The notes: generated by a model from the sequence alone, not told the origin. 63,460 nt of DNA from Bacteroidales bacterium UBA4230 (GCA_002395605.1 DGXO01000034.1:1-63460); one strand, 5' to 3'. Counted from the first letter of the stretch, positions 47,339 through 57,346 are shown. Numbers and translations: made by a program.

Positions 47339-49129
47339 TTAAAAGTCATAGGAATAAGTTGCGCGAACATCCACGGAAACAGGCTCGGCGTCGGATCCTA
47401 CGTTAGGATTCATTACCACGTCTTCTGTGGGGAATGGAATGGTGAACATTTCGGGCTTTACGTCCTTGAGTTCGTCGGAAGCGTTGTATGAAATCTTGGA
47501 CTGATCCCAGGTGTGGGCACCGGGGCCGGCATAAGAGCCGTCATCACCAACTACATAATCCTTGTACACGCCGCTGATGCCATCCCAGTGGGAACGGCGC
47601 TGGGCCTTGAGTTCTGCGATGCAGCCATCTACGTCATAGTAGGAACGGCGTACGTAGTCGTACCAGTTGTCGCCTTCAAGGGCAAGCTCAAGACGGCGCT
47701 CTTTCCAGATGTCGTTGATGGTAACGGTGGAAAGGGCTGCAGCATGTGCGCGTGCGCGCACTTTGTTCACATACTCAAGCGCACCGGCGTTGTCGCCTGT
47801 GAGAAGGCAAGACTCGGCATATACCAGGTAGATGTCGGAAAGCCTGAGGATATGGGTGGGAAGCTGGTAGCACATGCGGTCGGCATTGATGCCCAGGGCG
47901 GCCACATGGTCTGAGCCGCAGCCATACAGGTGCTTGGCATACATACCACCGGTCTGGCAGCACCACTCGTGGTTGGAGCCGTTGGACTCCAGGTTGGTGG
48001 GATAGTAATCCGGATCAAAATAGAAACGGTACATGTCAAGGCCGCCCTTGTCCCTCCAATACTGGGGATACTTGTCTCCGAACATCATGATGGTGCCGTG
48101 ACGGCGGTCATCAGTGTCTACGCGGAGCGTAGGTTCAACGTCTGCGGATACGCCGAAGAGGTCCATGAGGTTCACGCTGGGGCCTTTCCAGTCTCCCCAG
48201 GTGTTACCGAACTCGTCGATACCCGCCATGCTGACGTCTGACTGGATGGAGTTCTGGGCGGTCCAGATACCGGTACCGGAAACCCACTGCCATGAGAAGA
48301 GGTTTTCACCGGTCTGCTGGAAAATGGTGGGTTCCATGCGGAAGACATCCTCATAATTGGGAGTGAGGCGGCGGCCGGAATTGTCAATGACATCCTTTGC
48401 GTAAGTCTTGGCCTTGGCAAGGTCTGCGAGAGCCTCTTCAGAGGTGATGGAGCCGTTTACGCCGGCCTTTGTGAGGTAAACCTTTGCCAGAAGGCCCATG
48501 GCGGCATACTTGTCAATACGGTTGTACTTGCCGATATTGGGATCTGCGGGAAGAAGCTCGATGGCTTTTTCCAGAGTCATGACAATGTACTCGTAGACAT
48601 CGGCCTTCTTCACCTTCGTCTGCTCATTGTAGGCTGCGTCCTTGATCACCTGGGTGTTGTCGTGGATGATGGGAACGTCGCCGAATGTGCGGACAAGGAG
48701 GAAGTATGCCATGGCTTTCCATGCCAGGGCTTCGCCGATAGCCTTGTTCTTGGTGGCTTCTGAAGCCGTGGTATTGGCATTACGGATATTGTTTATGACG
48801 GTATTGCACTGCGCGTTGACGGCCCACAGGGAGTAGGACATGTTCTTGAGGTCCTGGTCCGTGCCGTTGACGGTAAGGGTGGAATAGGCGTTGTTACCCT
48901 GATAGACATTTCCGCACATGGTCTCTGAACCGTAAATGTAGAAACGGATGACGTCGTACCAAGGTGAATTGTAGAGGTAGTTCACGGACTGCTCCACCTG
49001 CATGTCGTTCTGGTAGTAGTTGGCCGTTGTGTAACGGTCCTCTGCAGGACGGTTCAGGAATTTGGAGCAGGAAGCGGTTACGGCCACTACGGCTGAAACT
49101 GCAATAATATATTTAATTGTGTTTTTCAT
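47339..49129 (-). CDS. susD: SusD/RagB lipoprotein
   Basis: Lipobox TASC; YFLLVRTFGDVP, LRLSDIYLVYAE, ERRLELALEGDNWYD. Confidence 0.95.
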   Translation of the reverse strand: MKNTIKYIIAVSAVVAVTASCSKFLNRPAEDRYTTANYYQNDMQVEQSVNYLYNSPWYDVIRFYIYGSETMCGNVYQGNNAYSTLTVNGTDQDLKNMSYSLWAVNAQCNTVINNIRNANTTASEATKNKAIGEALAWKAMAYFLLVRTFGDVPIIHDNTQVIKDAAYNEQTKVKKADVYEYIVMTLEKAIELLPADPNIGKYNRIDKYAAMGLLAKVYLTKAGVNGSITSEEALADLAKAKTYAKDVIDNSGRRLTPNYEDVFRMEPTIFQQTGENLFSWQWVSGTGIWTAQNSIQSDVSMAGIDEFGNTWGDWKGPSVNLMDLFGVSADVEPTLRVDTDDRRHGTIMMFGDKYPQYWRDKGGLDMYRFYFDPDYYPTNLESNGSNHEWCCQTGGMYAKHLYGCGSDHVAALGINADRMCYQLPTHILRLSDIYLVYAESCLLTGDNAGALEYVNKVRARAHAAALSTVTINDIWKERRLELALEGDNWYDYVRRSYYDVDGCIAELKAQRRSHWDGISGVYKDYVVGDDGSYAGPGAHTWDQSKISYNASDELKDVKPEMFTIPFPTEDVVMNPNVGSDAEPVSVDVRATYSYDF

Positions 49130-49145
49130 CTTGCTGTCCTCCATT

Positions 49146-52100
49146 TTAGAAAGTAATGTTGACACCGAAGGAACAGGTCATCGGGGAAGGATAACGGCCG
49201 TTATCCACGCCGAAGGTAAGACCGGAGGAATCCTGAGTGGATGCACCCACCTCAGGGTCGTAGCCCTGGTACTTGGTGAAGGTGTACACATTCTGGATGT
49301 TCATGTACAGGCGGATGTTCTCAATCTTGGCTCTCTCAAGGACCTTCTTGGGGAAGGTGTAACCAAGGGTGATGTTCTTCACGCGGAGATAGGAGCCGTC
49401 TTCGACGTAACGGTCGGAGAGGCGGTCGTTGTCGTTAGGGTCGGCGATGGTGGGACGGGGAGTCTTGGTGTCGGGGTTGGACACGCGGACGTTTTCGACA
49501 TCCCACTGCCAGGTTTCACCAGCGGTATAAGGCTTGTCAGGGTCTATGACCTCAAGACGGGCGCGGTCGGCAATGGAAACGTGCTGGTTTGTCCAGACGC
49601 TGTTCATGTGGACAAGACCGTTCCAACCCTGACCCATGAGGTTGTAGTTGAGAACCTTGTTGCCAACGGAACCGTTGAGGAAGATGGAGAGGTCCACATT
49701 CTTGTAACGGAAGGTGTTGGTCCAGCCGAAGGTGAAGATGGGAAGCGGGGAACCGATATTGGTACGGTCGAGCTCGTTGATCTTGCCGTCATTGTTGACA
49801 TCGGCGAACTTGAGGTCACCGGGCCATACGGTGGTGTTGCGGTTGAACACGCCGTCAGAAGGATATTTCTCGGCCTTAGGTGAATTCTGGATGTCTTCGA
49901 AGTCCTTGTAAACTCCCACTACCTTGTAACCGTAGAAGTTGTAGAGGGACTCGCCGATTTCGGTGACGGATACGATGTCGCTCCACTGGCCGTAACCTAC
50001 AAGCTGCGCGTTTGCACTGCCGTCAAGGGCAAGGAGCTTGTTCTGGTTGAAGGAAATCTGGAAGTTGGAATCCCAGCTGAAGTTCTTCTTGTCAATGGGG
50101 TGAGTGTCCAGGGTGATTTCCAGACCGCGGTTGCGGATGGTACCGTAGTTACCCTTAGGAGCGGCAAGAGCCGAAGAGCCGTTACCCTGAGTACCCATAT
50201 AGGAAGGAAGGGTCATGGACATTAGCATGTCGGAGGACACCTTCTGGTAGAGGTCGATGATGAGGTTCAGGCGGTTCTTGAAGAAGTTGAGGTCAAGACC
50301 CACGTTAAACTGTTCCTGTTTCTCCCAGTGGATACCGGTATTGGAAATATTGGAAGGGCGCTGGCTGTCACCAAGAGCGGAAGGCATCTTGCTCATGCCG
50401 GATTCCCATGCGCCGGAGCCGATGTTGGCATTACCGGTCTGGCCCCATCCCAAGCGGATCTTACCGTCACTGAGGATATCCTTGGCCGATGAAGGGAAGA
50501 ATTTCTCATTGGTGAAACGCCAGCTTCCTGCTACGGAGTGGAAACCTGCCCAGCGGTTATCGGGGCCGAAGTTTGAAGAACCGTCGTAGCGGAAGGTGTA
50601 GGTGAGGAGGTAGCGGTTGTCGTAGTTGTAGGTTTCACGGGTGAAGAATGAAGCCATGGAACTTGAGCCGAAACCGCCGCCGATGGTAGGAGACTTGCTG
50701 GTAGCAAGGCCGATTGAGTGGATCTCATCCGAAGGAAGGTCCGTGCTGGCGGCCCTGAGATAATCCCAACGGGACTCCCATGCTTCCTGACCTATCATGG
50801 CGGTAATGCTATGCTTGCCGAACGTGTTGGAATAGGTGAGGTAGTTCTTCAAAGACCAGTACACGCTGGAGTTGCGCTGCTGGCTGATGGAGTTGCTGCC
50901 CTGCTGGAAAGTACCCAGAGAGATCTTCGGCTTGTAAGTGTCGGCCTGGGAAGAGCTGATGTCAAAACCAACCTCACTGCGGAAAGCGAAGTGCTTGATA
51001 GGAGTGAGTTCGGCATACACGTTACCGGTGAGTTTCTGACGTTTCAGGGTATTCTCATTGTACATTGCAAGGGCCACAGGGTTCTTGGTGGAGTAGCCTT
51101 CGCGAACAACGGTGGAATAGTTGCCGTCAATGTCGTAAACGGGGATGTCGGGGAGGGATGCCAGGGAGTAGAAGATGACACCTTCCTGACCGTCGGCCAG
51201 TTTAAGTTTATCGTGGGTGATGGCGTAGGTTGCGTTCACACCAAGCTTGAACCACTCCTTGAGCTGGGCGTCCAGATTGGTACGGAAGCTCAGACGGTCG
51301 AAGTTGGAGCCGATGATAGTACCTTCCTGATTCATGTAGGAACCGGAAACATAGTACTGGACTTTCTCGGAGCCGCCCTGCGCGCTCACCTGATGCTGAT
51401 GCTGGAGAGCGGTGCGGAAGACTTCGTCCTGCCAGTTGGTACCCTTTCCAAGGATGGAAGGATCCGTGTAGAGGGGATTGGCCTCCACCTCACCGATATT
51501 GACCATGTCGTTGTAGTACTCGGCGAATTCACGGAGATTCATCATCTTGATGCGGCTGGTCTGGCGACTCACGGCAAACATGCCGTCGTAGGAGAACTTG
51601 GCGTCTCCGGCCTTACCATGCTTGGTTGTGATGAGGACAACACCGTTTGCACCCTGGGCACCGTAGATGGCGGTTGCGGAAGCATCCTTGAGGATTTCCA
51701 TGCTCACGATATCGGCGGGGTTGATGGTGGACAGAGGGGAAATGGTGGAGACGCGGCCGTTACCAAGGGCATCTCCAAGGCCGAAGTCTGAACCGGAGTT
51801 TCCGCCGCCCTGGACGATGACGCCGTCAATGACATACAGAGGTTCTGCGTTGGCGTTGACGGTGGCCTGGCCACGGACGCGGATTGATGATGAGGATCCA
51901 GGGGCACCGGAAGTCTGCACTGCGGTAACACCGGCGGCGCGGCCCTGCAGGGACTGGTCCAGGTTGGTGATGATGGAACCCTTCAGGTCTTCCTCCTTCA
52001 TGGAAACGGAAGCACCGGAGAGGTCACTCCTTTTCATGGTACCGTAACCCACGACGACGACTTCGTCCAGGAATTCGGTATCTTCTCCAAGAACCACGTT

Positions 52101-52361
52101 GATAACCTTCTGGTCACCCACGGGGATTTCCTGGGTTGCATAACCGATGGATGAGAACACCAGCGTTGCGCCGGGGCGCACGGTGATGGTGTAGTTACCA
52201 TCCAGGTCTGTGATGGCACCGTTATTGGTGCCCTTCTCCATGACAGATGCTCCGATGACGGGGCCGACGTTGTCGGTAACCGTGCCAGTAACCTTGTTCT
52301 GTGCGAACAGGGCCGTGGTGGCGAGGAGCGCCAGCATGAAGGTCACAAATTTTTGTCTCAT
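49146..52361 (-). CDS. susC: SusC/RagA TonB-dependent transporter
   Basis: LDEVVVVGYG, ILKDASATAIYG...NGVVLITTK, EDGSYLRVKNITLGY, terminal F. Confidence 0.97.
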   Translation of the reverse strand: MRQKFVTFMLALLATTALFAQNKVTGTVTDNVGPVIGASVMEKGTNNGAITDLDGNYTITVRPGATLVFSSIGYATQEIPVGDQKVINVVLGEDTEFLDEVVVVGYGTMKRSDLSGASVSMKEEDLKGSIITNLDQSLQGRAAGVTAVQTSGAPGSSSSIRVRGQATVNANAEPLYVIDGVIVQGGGNSGSDFGLGDALGNGRVSTISPLSTINPADIVSMEILKDASATAIYGAQGANGVVLITTKHGKAGDAKFSYDGMFAVSRQTSRIKMMNLREFAEYYNDMVNIGEVEANPLYTDPSILGKGTNWQDEVFRTALQHQHQVSAQGGSEKVQYYVSGSYMNQEGTIIGSNFDRLSFRTNLDAQLKEWFKLGVNATYAITHDKLKLADGQEGVIFYSLASLPDIPVYDIDGNYSTVVREGYSTKNPVALAMYNENTLKRQKLTGNVYAELTPIKHFAFRSEVGFDISSSQADTYKPKISLGTFQQGSNSISQQRNSSVYWSLKNYLTYSNTFGKHSITAMIGQEAWESRWDYLRAASTDLPSDEIHSIGLATSKSPTIGGGFGSSSMASFFTRETYNYDNRYLLTYTFRYDGSSNFGPDNRWAGFHSVAGSWRFTNEKFFPSSAKDILSDGKIRLGWGQTGNANIGSGAWESGMSKMPSALGDSQRPSNISNTGIHWEKQEQFNVGLDLNFFKNRLNLIIDLYQKVSSDMLMSMTLPSYMGTQGNGSSALAAPKGNYGTIRNRGLEITLDTHPIDKKNFSWDSNFQISFNQNKLLALDGSANAQLVGYGQWSDIVSVTEIGESLYNFYGYKVVGVYKDFEDIQNSPKAEKYPSDGVFNRNTTVWPGDLKFADVNNDGKINELDRTNIGSPLPIFTFGWTNTFRYKNVDLSIFLNGSVGNKVLNYNLMGQGWNGLVHMNSVWTNQHVSIADRARLEVIDPDKPYTAGETWQWDVENVRVSNPDTKTPRPTIADPNDNDRLSDRYVEDGSYLRVKNITLGYTFPKKVLERAKIENIRLYMNIQNVYTFTKYQGYDPEVGASTQDSSGLTFGVDNGRYPSPMTCSFGVNITF

Positions 52362-52388
52362 GCTTTAGTTGGTTAAAGGTTAATATTA

Positions 52389-53672
52389 TTATTGGTTTAG
52401 ATTGTTTATTGCGTTTTTGATGATGCCAACGGTGCTGTCCGTGACATATACGCCGTTAAGCCCCTGGGCCTCCTGGGCGGGGTCTCCGGTGTAAGGGTCT
52501 CCGCTCACCCATTGCTCGTGAAGGGGCTCCGCAAAACCGCTCCAGCCCCAGAAGTTGGCGCCCTGAAGGGTTTTTCCAACCTGGCCGAAGAGGTACTCAT
52601 AATAGGAATCGCGTGCGCGTGTAGTAGCGCTTTTTTCGGCCTTGAAGCCGTCACGGGGGAAGCCGAATTCCTCACAGACTACGGGAAGGCCAAGTTCCTT
52701 GGCGAGTTCGGCATGCACCCTGAGGTATTCAGCGGTCTTTTCTATTGCGGCGGGGATATCCTCCTCAAGGGATTCGGCCTTTACCCAGCTCCAGTTGTAG
52801 GGCCAGATGTGGATTGTCATATAGTCTACGTCGGGGATGGTGTTGACCCTGCGAAGGAGTTCCATGTCTTCCTCGGAGCCCATGAGGCCTTCGTTGCCGG
52901 TGGAAAGGAGGTGGTTGGGGTCAAGTTCCTTGACTATTTTGGCAGCCTCTGTCATCCAACCGATGAAACCGTCCTGGATCTCTTTTTCAGAGGAGAAGCA
53001 GCGGGGCTCGTTGCCTATTTGCCAGGCAAAGATTGCGGGGTCTTCCTTATACGGCTTGCCGGTGATGGAGTTGGTTCGGCCCACGATGTTGCGCAAATGA
53101 TTGAAATAGAGCTCCTGAGACTCCTTGGAGGTTTGGAACTTACGCATCTGCTGCATGAAGGGCCAGTAGCCGTCTATGAGCGGGATGAGGGTTTTTTCTC
53201 CGGTTGCCCATTCAAGGTACTGACCGTAGCCGCCGCTCCATTCCCAGGAGTTGTTGATGTAGAGGACGGCCTGCATGTCACGCTTTCCGAGTTCCACAAG
53301 ATAGCGGTCCAGGCCCACCAGGAGGGTGTCGTTGTACACTCCGGGAGCGGTTTGGAGGGTGGGCTCCACGCGGGAGAACACGCCGTCTGCGCCGTCTCCG
53401 CCCACAAGGGTGCGGAGATTGGTGATTCCAAGGGCCTTGAGGGTGTCAAGCTCCCTCTGGAGGCGCTCCAGGTCACCGCCACGGCCATCCGACGCCAGGA
53501 TGGGGCCGTACCAGAAATTGGTGCCCACATAGGTGTAGGGCTTGCCGTTACGGATAAACTGACCGTCTTTGACGGTAACGAATTCAGGGGGTTTGCTGCA
53601 AGAAATGGCGGCAAGGGCAATAGCAACCCCCACCACGGTTTTAAGCGTTATTTTCATTATGTTGGCCGACAT
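52389..53672 (-). CDS. GH5 beta-mannanase/mannosidase (GH5_7-like)
   Basis: GTNFWYG, NNSWEWSGG, WQIGNEPR, HIWP, EEFGFPRD, GDPAQE. Confidence 0.92.
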   Translation of the reverse strand: MSANIMKITLKTVVGVAIALAAISCSKPPEFVTVKDGQFIRNGKPYTYVGTNFWYGPILASDGRGGDLERLQRELDTLKALGITNLRTLVGGDGADGVFSRVEPTLQTAPGVYNDTLLVGLDRYLVELGKRDMQAVLYINNSWEWSGGYGQYLEWATGEKTLIPLIDGYWPFMQQMRKFQTSKESQELYFNHLRNIVGRTNSITGKPYKEDPAIFAWQIGNEPRCFSSEKEIQDGFIGWMTEAAKIVKELDPNHLLSTGNEGLMGSEEDMELLRRVNTIPDVDYMTIHIWPYNWSWVKAESLEEDIPAAIEKTAEYLRVHAELAKELGLPVVCEEFGFPRDGFKAEKSATTRARDSYYEYLFGQVGKTLQGANFWGWSGFAEPLHEQWVSGDPYTGDPAQEAQGLNGVYVTDSTVGIIKNAINNLNQ

Positions 53673-53688
53673 AAATTTTGTACAGGTA

Positions 53689-53720
53689 CAAAGTTATGGT
53701 TACGGCCTGTTTCGGACAAA
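53689..53720 (-). promoter_or_regulatory. Promoter of the mannan PUL operon
   Basis: Minus strand TTTG-N20-TAACTTTG. Confidence 0.75.
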
Positions 53721-53758
53721 TGAATAAATAACAAAAACCGATACTATTTTAACATTGG

Positions 53759-54637
53759 CTATACAAACACCCTGTTTTTGGTGAAAAGAGCCCTGAAATC
53801 GCGGGGCGTATAGCCGCGCCGGTTCTTGAAGGCGCGGTTGAAATTGGAGAGGTTGTTGAAGCCGCAGGCATAGCAGATTTCACTGATTCCGGTGGTGGTG
53901 TCAACAAGCATTCGGGCGGCCCTTCCAAGCCGCACGTCTATGATGTAATCCTGGAGGTTGCGGGTGGTGTGCTGCTTGAAAAAACGGCTGAATGCGCTTG
54001 GCGCCATACCCACCATTGCAGCAAGGTCGTCGAGCCTAAGTTCCTCTGCGTAATGTTCTGATATGTAATCCTTTACCTTGCGCACACGGCGGCTTTCGCT
54101 TTCTCCGGTGATGTTGGCGAAAGAAGTGGAGGCAAGGATCCGTGCGCCTTTGTCCTGGGAGAGTTCATAGAGGATCTTGAGCATGTTCAGGAATTGGTCG
54201 AAGCTGTCTTCCAGAGACGATATTGTGTCCAGGTAAGTGTACACTTTGGCAATGGCGCTGAGGGAAAAAGCCACGCCGTGGCGGGCGTTTTCGAACATCT
54301 TTTTTATGGACAGGAACTGGTTTCGGCCAAGGAGCCTGGAGTCCAGGAGGTCCGGGGAAAACTGGATGGTGATTTCCCGGATATCGGCCGAAGTGCAACT
54401 GCCCTGCTCCCAAACGTGCTCCAGGCCGTCACCGGTGACAAGGGTGAGCTCAAGGTCTCCTATTTCCTCTATGCTGTCCCCAACAATGCGCTTTACTCCC
54501 CTGCCGTTTTCTATGAAATTGAGCTCGTAAACGTTATGGCTGTGAATGGGGTACTGGAACTCGGTTTTATGGCGTTCCACAATATAAAAGCAGTCACGGT
54601 CTGTGATTGGAGTTACTTCCCGGAGTACGTTTGACAT
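53759..54637 (-). CDS. AraC-family regulator
   Basis: Cupin YPIHSH...RIVGD; HTH FSRFFK...ICYACGFNNLSNFNRAFK; TATCTTTG -7 box at 54658-54665. Confidence 0.95.
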   Translation of the reverse strand: MSNVLREVTPITDRDCFYIVERHKTEFQYPIHSHNVYELNFIENGRGVKRIVGDSIEEIGDLELTLVTGDGLEHVWEQGSCTSADIREITIQFSPDLLDSRLLGRNQFLSIKKMFENARHGVAFSLSAIAKVYTYLDTISSLEDSFDQFLNMLKILYELSQDKGARILASTSFANITGESESRRVRKVKDYISEHYAEELRLDDLAAMVGMAPSAFSRFFKQHTTRNLQDYIIDVRLGRAARMLVDTTTGISEICYACGFNNLSNFNRAFKNRRGYTPRDFRALFTKNRVFV

Positions 54638-54746
54638 TTCTTATGCAGTTATATGTACAAAGATAGTGAAATTTTGATACTTTTTAAACAATTTTTCATA
54701 ATCCGGGATTTAAATGCTATCTTGCAGTGAAATTTTGTAAGCCACT

Positions 54747-56981
54747 ATGAAAAAAACACTACTTCTTGCAGTAGCCGTACTGCTAGTTGCCATGCCCTCA
54801 GAGGCCAGGAAAAAGCCTAAATTCACCCATGAAACCGTAGCCGTTCCGGCAGTGGAAAGAGAGATTATTTCCGTGGAAACCGCTTCCACCTCCCTTAACC
54901 TTCTGGTTACGGAAAAAGGCGAACTCCAGACACTTCACTATGGGGCAAAGATAGAGGATCCTGGTGCATGGCTGCAACTGGACGGAAGCTCGGAAGACTA
55001 CAACGGCTGCCGGTCCCTCACTTATCCGGCAACGGGAGGCAGGTTTATATCGGAGCCCGCGCTGCACGTCAAATACCCGGACGGCTCGCATAACACGGAG
55101 CTGTATTTCACGGGAGTGAAAAAATCGGCCCAGGATGGTTTTGAGAGGACGGAGATCGGCCTCAAGGACTATGTGACGGGGCTTGAGGTGAAGCTCCTTT
55201 ACGACGCCTATGTGAAGGAAGACGTGATAGAGATGCACTCGGAGATTCTGAACGGCGGCAAAAAGGCCGTGGAACTTCTTAACTATGCTTCGGCCTCACT
55301 TTACGTGGATGCCCCTGAATACCTTCTCACGCACTTTTACGGGGCGTGGGCAAAGGAAATGCTCATGGAAAGCGAGGTCCTTGGCCACGACACCAAGGTT
55401 ATCGAGTCCCGCCGCGGAGTGCAGGCTACGCAGGGGAACAACCCATCCTTCCTTCTGTCGCTGGGCACTAAGGAGCTCCGGGAAAACGACGGCGAAGTCA
55501 TTGCCGGCGCCCTTGAGTGGAGCGGCAATTTCCGCATGAGCTTTGAAAAAGACGACGCCCACAGGCTGAACATCATTACCGGCATTAGCCCTTATGCTTC
55601 GGCATATCCGCTTGAGGCCGGGGCCACATTTGTGACGCCCGGAATGGTTTACACCTACTCTGCCGAAGGTGCCGGCGGCGCTTCCCGCAACCTTCACCGC
55701 TGGGCTCGCAAGTACTGCGTTTATGGTGGCGGCGCAGTGAATCCCACCCTTTTGAACAGCTGGGAGGGAGCGTATTTCAACTTCACCACTCCCGTCCTTC
55801 TTGGCATGATAGACGATGCCGCCTCAATGGGCCTTGAGATGTTTGTGCTTGACGACGGCTGGTTCGGCAACGACTTCCCGCGCAACGGAGACAACGCCGG
55901 GCTGGGAGACTGGGAGGTGAACACCTCAAAGCTTCCGGAAGGAATTGAGTACTTGGCTTCTTACGCTCATTCCAAAGGGCTTAAATTCGGCATATGGATA
56001 GAGCCTGAAATGGTGAATCCGGCCTCCAACCTTGCCCACGAGCACCCGGAATGGGTTGTCCAGAGCCCCGGCCGTGAAATCTATCAGGGCCGAAACCAGT
56101 GGGTGCTGGACCTTTCCAACCCCGCAGTGGAAGACTTCGTGTTCGGCATATTTGACCGCACCATGCAGCTTGCTCCCGGTATCGACTACATAAAATGGGA
56201 CTGCAACAGGGTTATCCAGAGCTTCGGCAGCCCTTATCTTGGCACGCAGCAGGACCGCTTCTATGTGGAATATGTTGAGGGACTGTACAATGTCATGCGC
56301 CGAATTAGGGAGAAATACCCCCGCGTCATCGTGCAGTGCTGCTCCTCCGGCGGTGGCCGCGTAGACTACGGAGCGCTCCGCTACTGCAACGAGGTCTGGA
56401 CCTCCGACAATACCGACGCCCGCACCCGCGCCTTCATCCAGTACTCCATGAACCTCATCTACCCGGCTTGCGTAATGGCCTCCCACGTATCTACGGTGCC
56501 CAACCACCAGACATCCAACGTGACGCCACTGAAGTTCCGCTTTGACATGGCATGCTCCGGTCGCCTTGGCATGGAGCTCCAGCCTAAGTACTTCTCCCCC
56601 GAAGACCGCGCCCTTGCCGACCGCTGCATCACGTCATACAAGAAGTACCGTGACCTTGTGTTTGCAGGAGACGCCTACCGCCTGGCGTCGCCCTACGACG
56701 GCAGTTACTACGGCGTAATGTATGTCTCTGAGGACAAGTCGCGCGCCGTTGTGTTCACCTATTGCCTTGAGTTTGAGCCCCGTACAGTTGGTAGCAAAGC
56801 CTTCCGCCTCATCGGCCTGGATCCTTCCCGCAGCTACAAGGTCATGGAGCAGAACGTAGACCGCAGCTGCTGGTGGGGCAGCGGCAAGGTGTTCTCCGGT
56901 TCCTTTCTTGCCGAAGGCGGCTTCAACCCCGTCCTGCCGCAGATCTACTCCTCCGCCGTCTTCGTGCTGGAGGCGCAGTAG
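54747..56981 (+). CDS. GH36 alpha-galactosidase
   Basis: LLNSWE, FVLDDGWFG, FGIWIEPEMVN, YIKWDCNR, CSSGGGR, WTSDNTD. Confidence 0.96.
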   Translation: MKKTLLLAVAVLLVAMPSEARKKPKFTHETVAVPAVEREIISVETASTSLNLLVTEKGELQTLHYGAKIEDPGAWLQLDGSSEDYNGCRSLTYPATGGRFISEPALHVKYPDGSHNTELYFTGVKKSAQDGFERTEIGLKDYVTGLEVKLLYDAYVKEDVIEMHSEILNGGKKAVELLNYASASLYVDAPEYLLTHFYGAWAKEMLMESEVLGHDTKVIESRRGVQATQGNNPSFLLSLGTKELRENDGEVIAGALEWSGNFRMSFEKDDAHRLNIITGISPYASAYPLEAGATFVTPGMVYTYSAEGAGGASRNLHRWARKYCVYGGGAVNPTLLNSWEGAYFNFTTPVLLGMIDDAASMGLEMFVLDDGWFGNDFPRNGDNAGLGDWEVNTSKLPEGIEYLASYAHSKGLKFGIWIEPEMVNPASNLAHEHPEWVVQSPGREIYQGRNQWVLDLSNPAVEDFVFGIFDRTMQLAPGIDYIKWDCNRVIQSFGSPYLGTQQDRFYVEYVEGLYNVMRRIREKYPRVIVQCCSSGGGRVDYGALRYCNEVWTSDNTDARTRAFIQYSMNLIYPACVMASHVSTVPNHQTSNVTPLKFRFDMACSGRLGMELQPKYFSPEDRALADRCITSYKKYRDLVFAGDAYRLASPYDGSYYGVMYVSEDKSRAVVFTYCLEFEPRTVGSKAFRLIGLDPSRSYKVMEQNVDRSCWWGSGKVFSGSFLAEGGFNPVLPQIYSSAVFVLEAQ

Positions 56982-56987
56982 GTTCAG

Positions 56988-57174
56988 CCGTCGCAGGTGG
57001 CATTGCGAACTGTCGCAGGTGGCATTGCGAACTGTCGCAGGTGGCATTGCAAAACGTCGCGGGTCTGCAAAAAAACTCTGACCTGCGACGGTTTTTGCCT
57101 CTTATGGCCGATTTGCGTCGCAGTTCGGCCGAAAAACGCAGACCTGCGACGGTTTCTCATAGGACCTGCGACGG
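56988..57174. repeat. 22-bp tandem repeat (x3) plus inverted copies of its core
   Basis: GTCGCAGGTGGCATTGCGAACT at 56990 and 57012, variant at 57034; inverted core GACCTGCGACGG at 57080, 57141, 57163. Confidence 0.9.
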
Positions 57175-57203
57175 CTCAACGCCAGACCTGCCGCGCAGCC
57201 ACC

Positions 57204-57346
57204 GCCCGAGCACGGAAACGGCACAAAAACGTGCGCGGAGGGGGCAAAAGTACCAGCCCGAGCACGGAAACGGCACTAAAACGTGCGCGGAGGGGGCAAA
57301 AGCACCCGCCAGAGCACGAAAACGGCCAAAAACGTGGACGGAGAGG
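57204..57346. repeat. 52-bp tandem repeat (about 2.7 copies)
   Basis: GCCCGAGCACGGAAACGGCACAAAAACGTGCGCGGAGGGGGCAAAAG... at 57204, 57256, 57308. Confidence 0.9.

Noticed and set aside
56990-57346. Possible CRISPR array
   Set aside because: The units are contiguous tandem repeats without unique spacers, and no cas genes are in the window.
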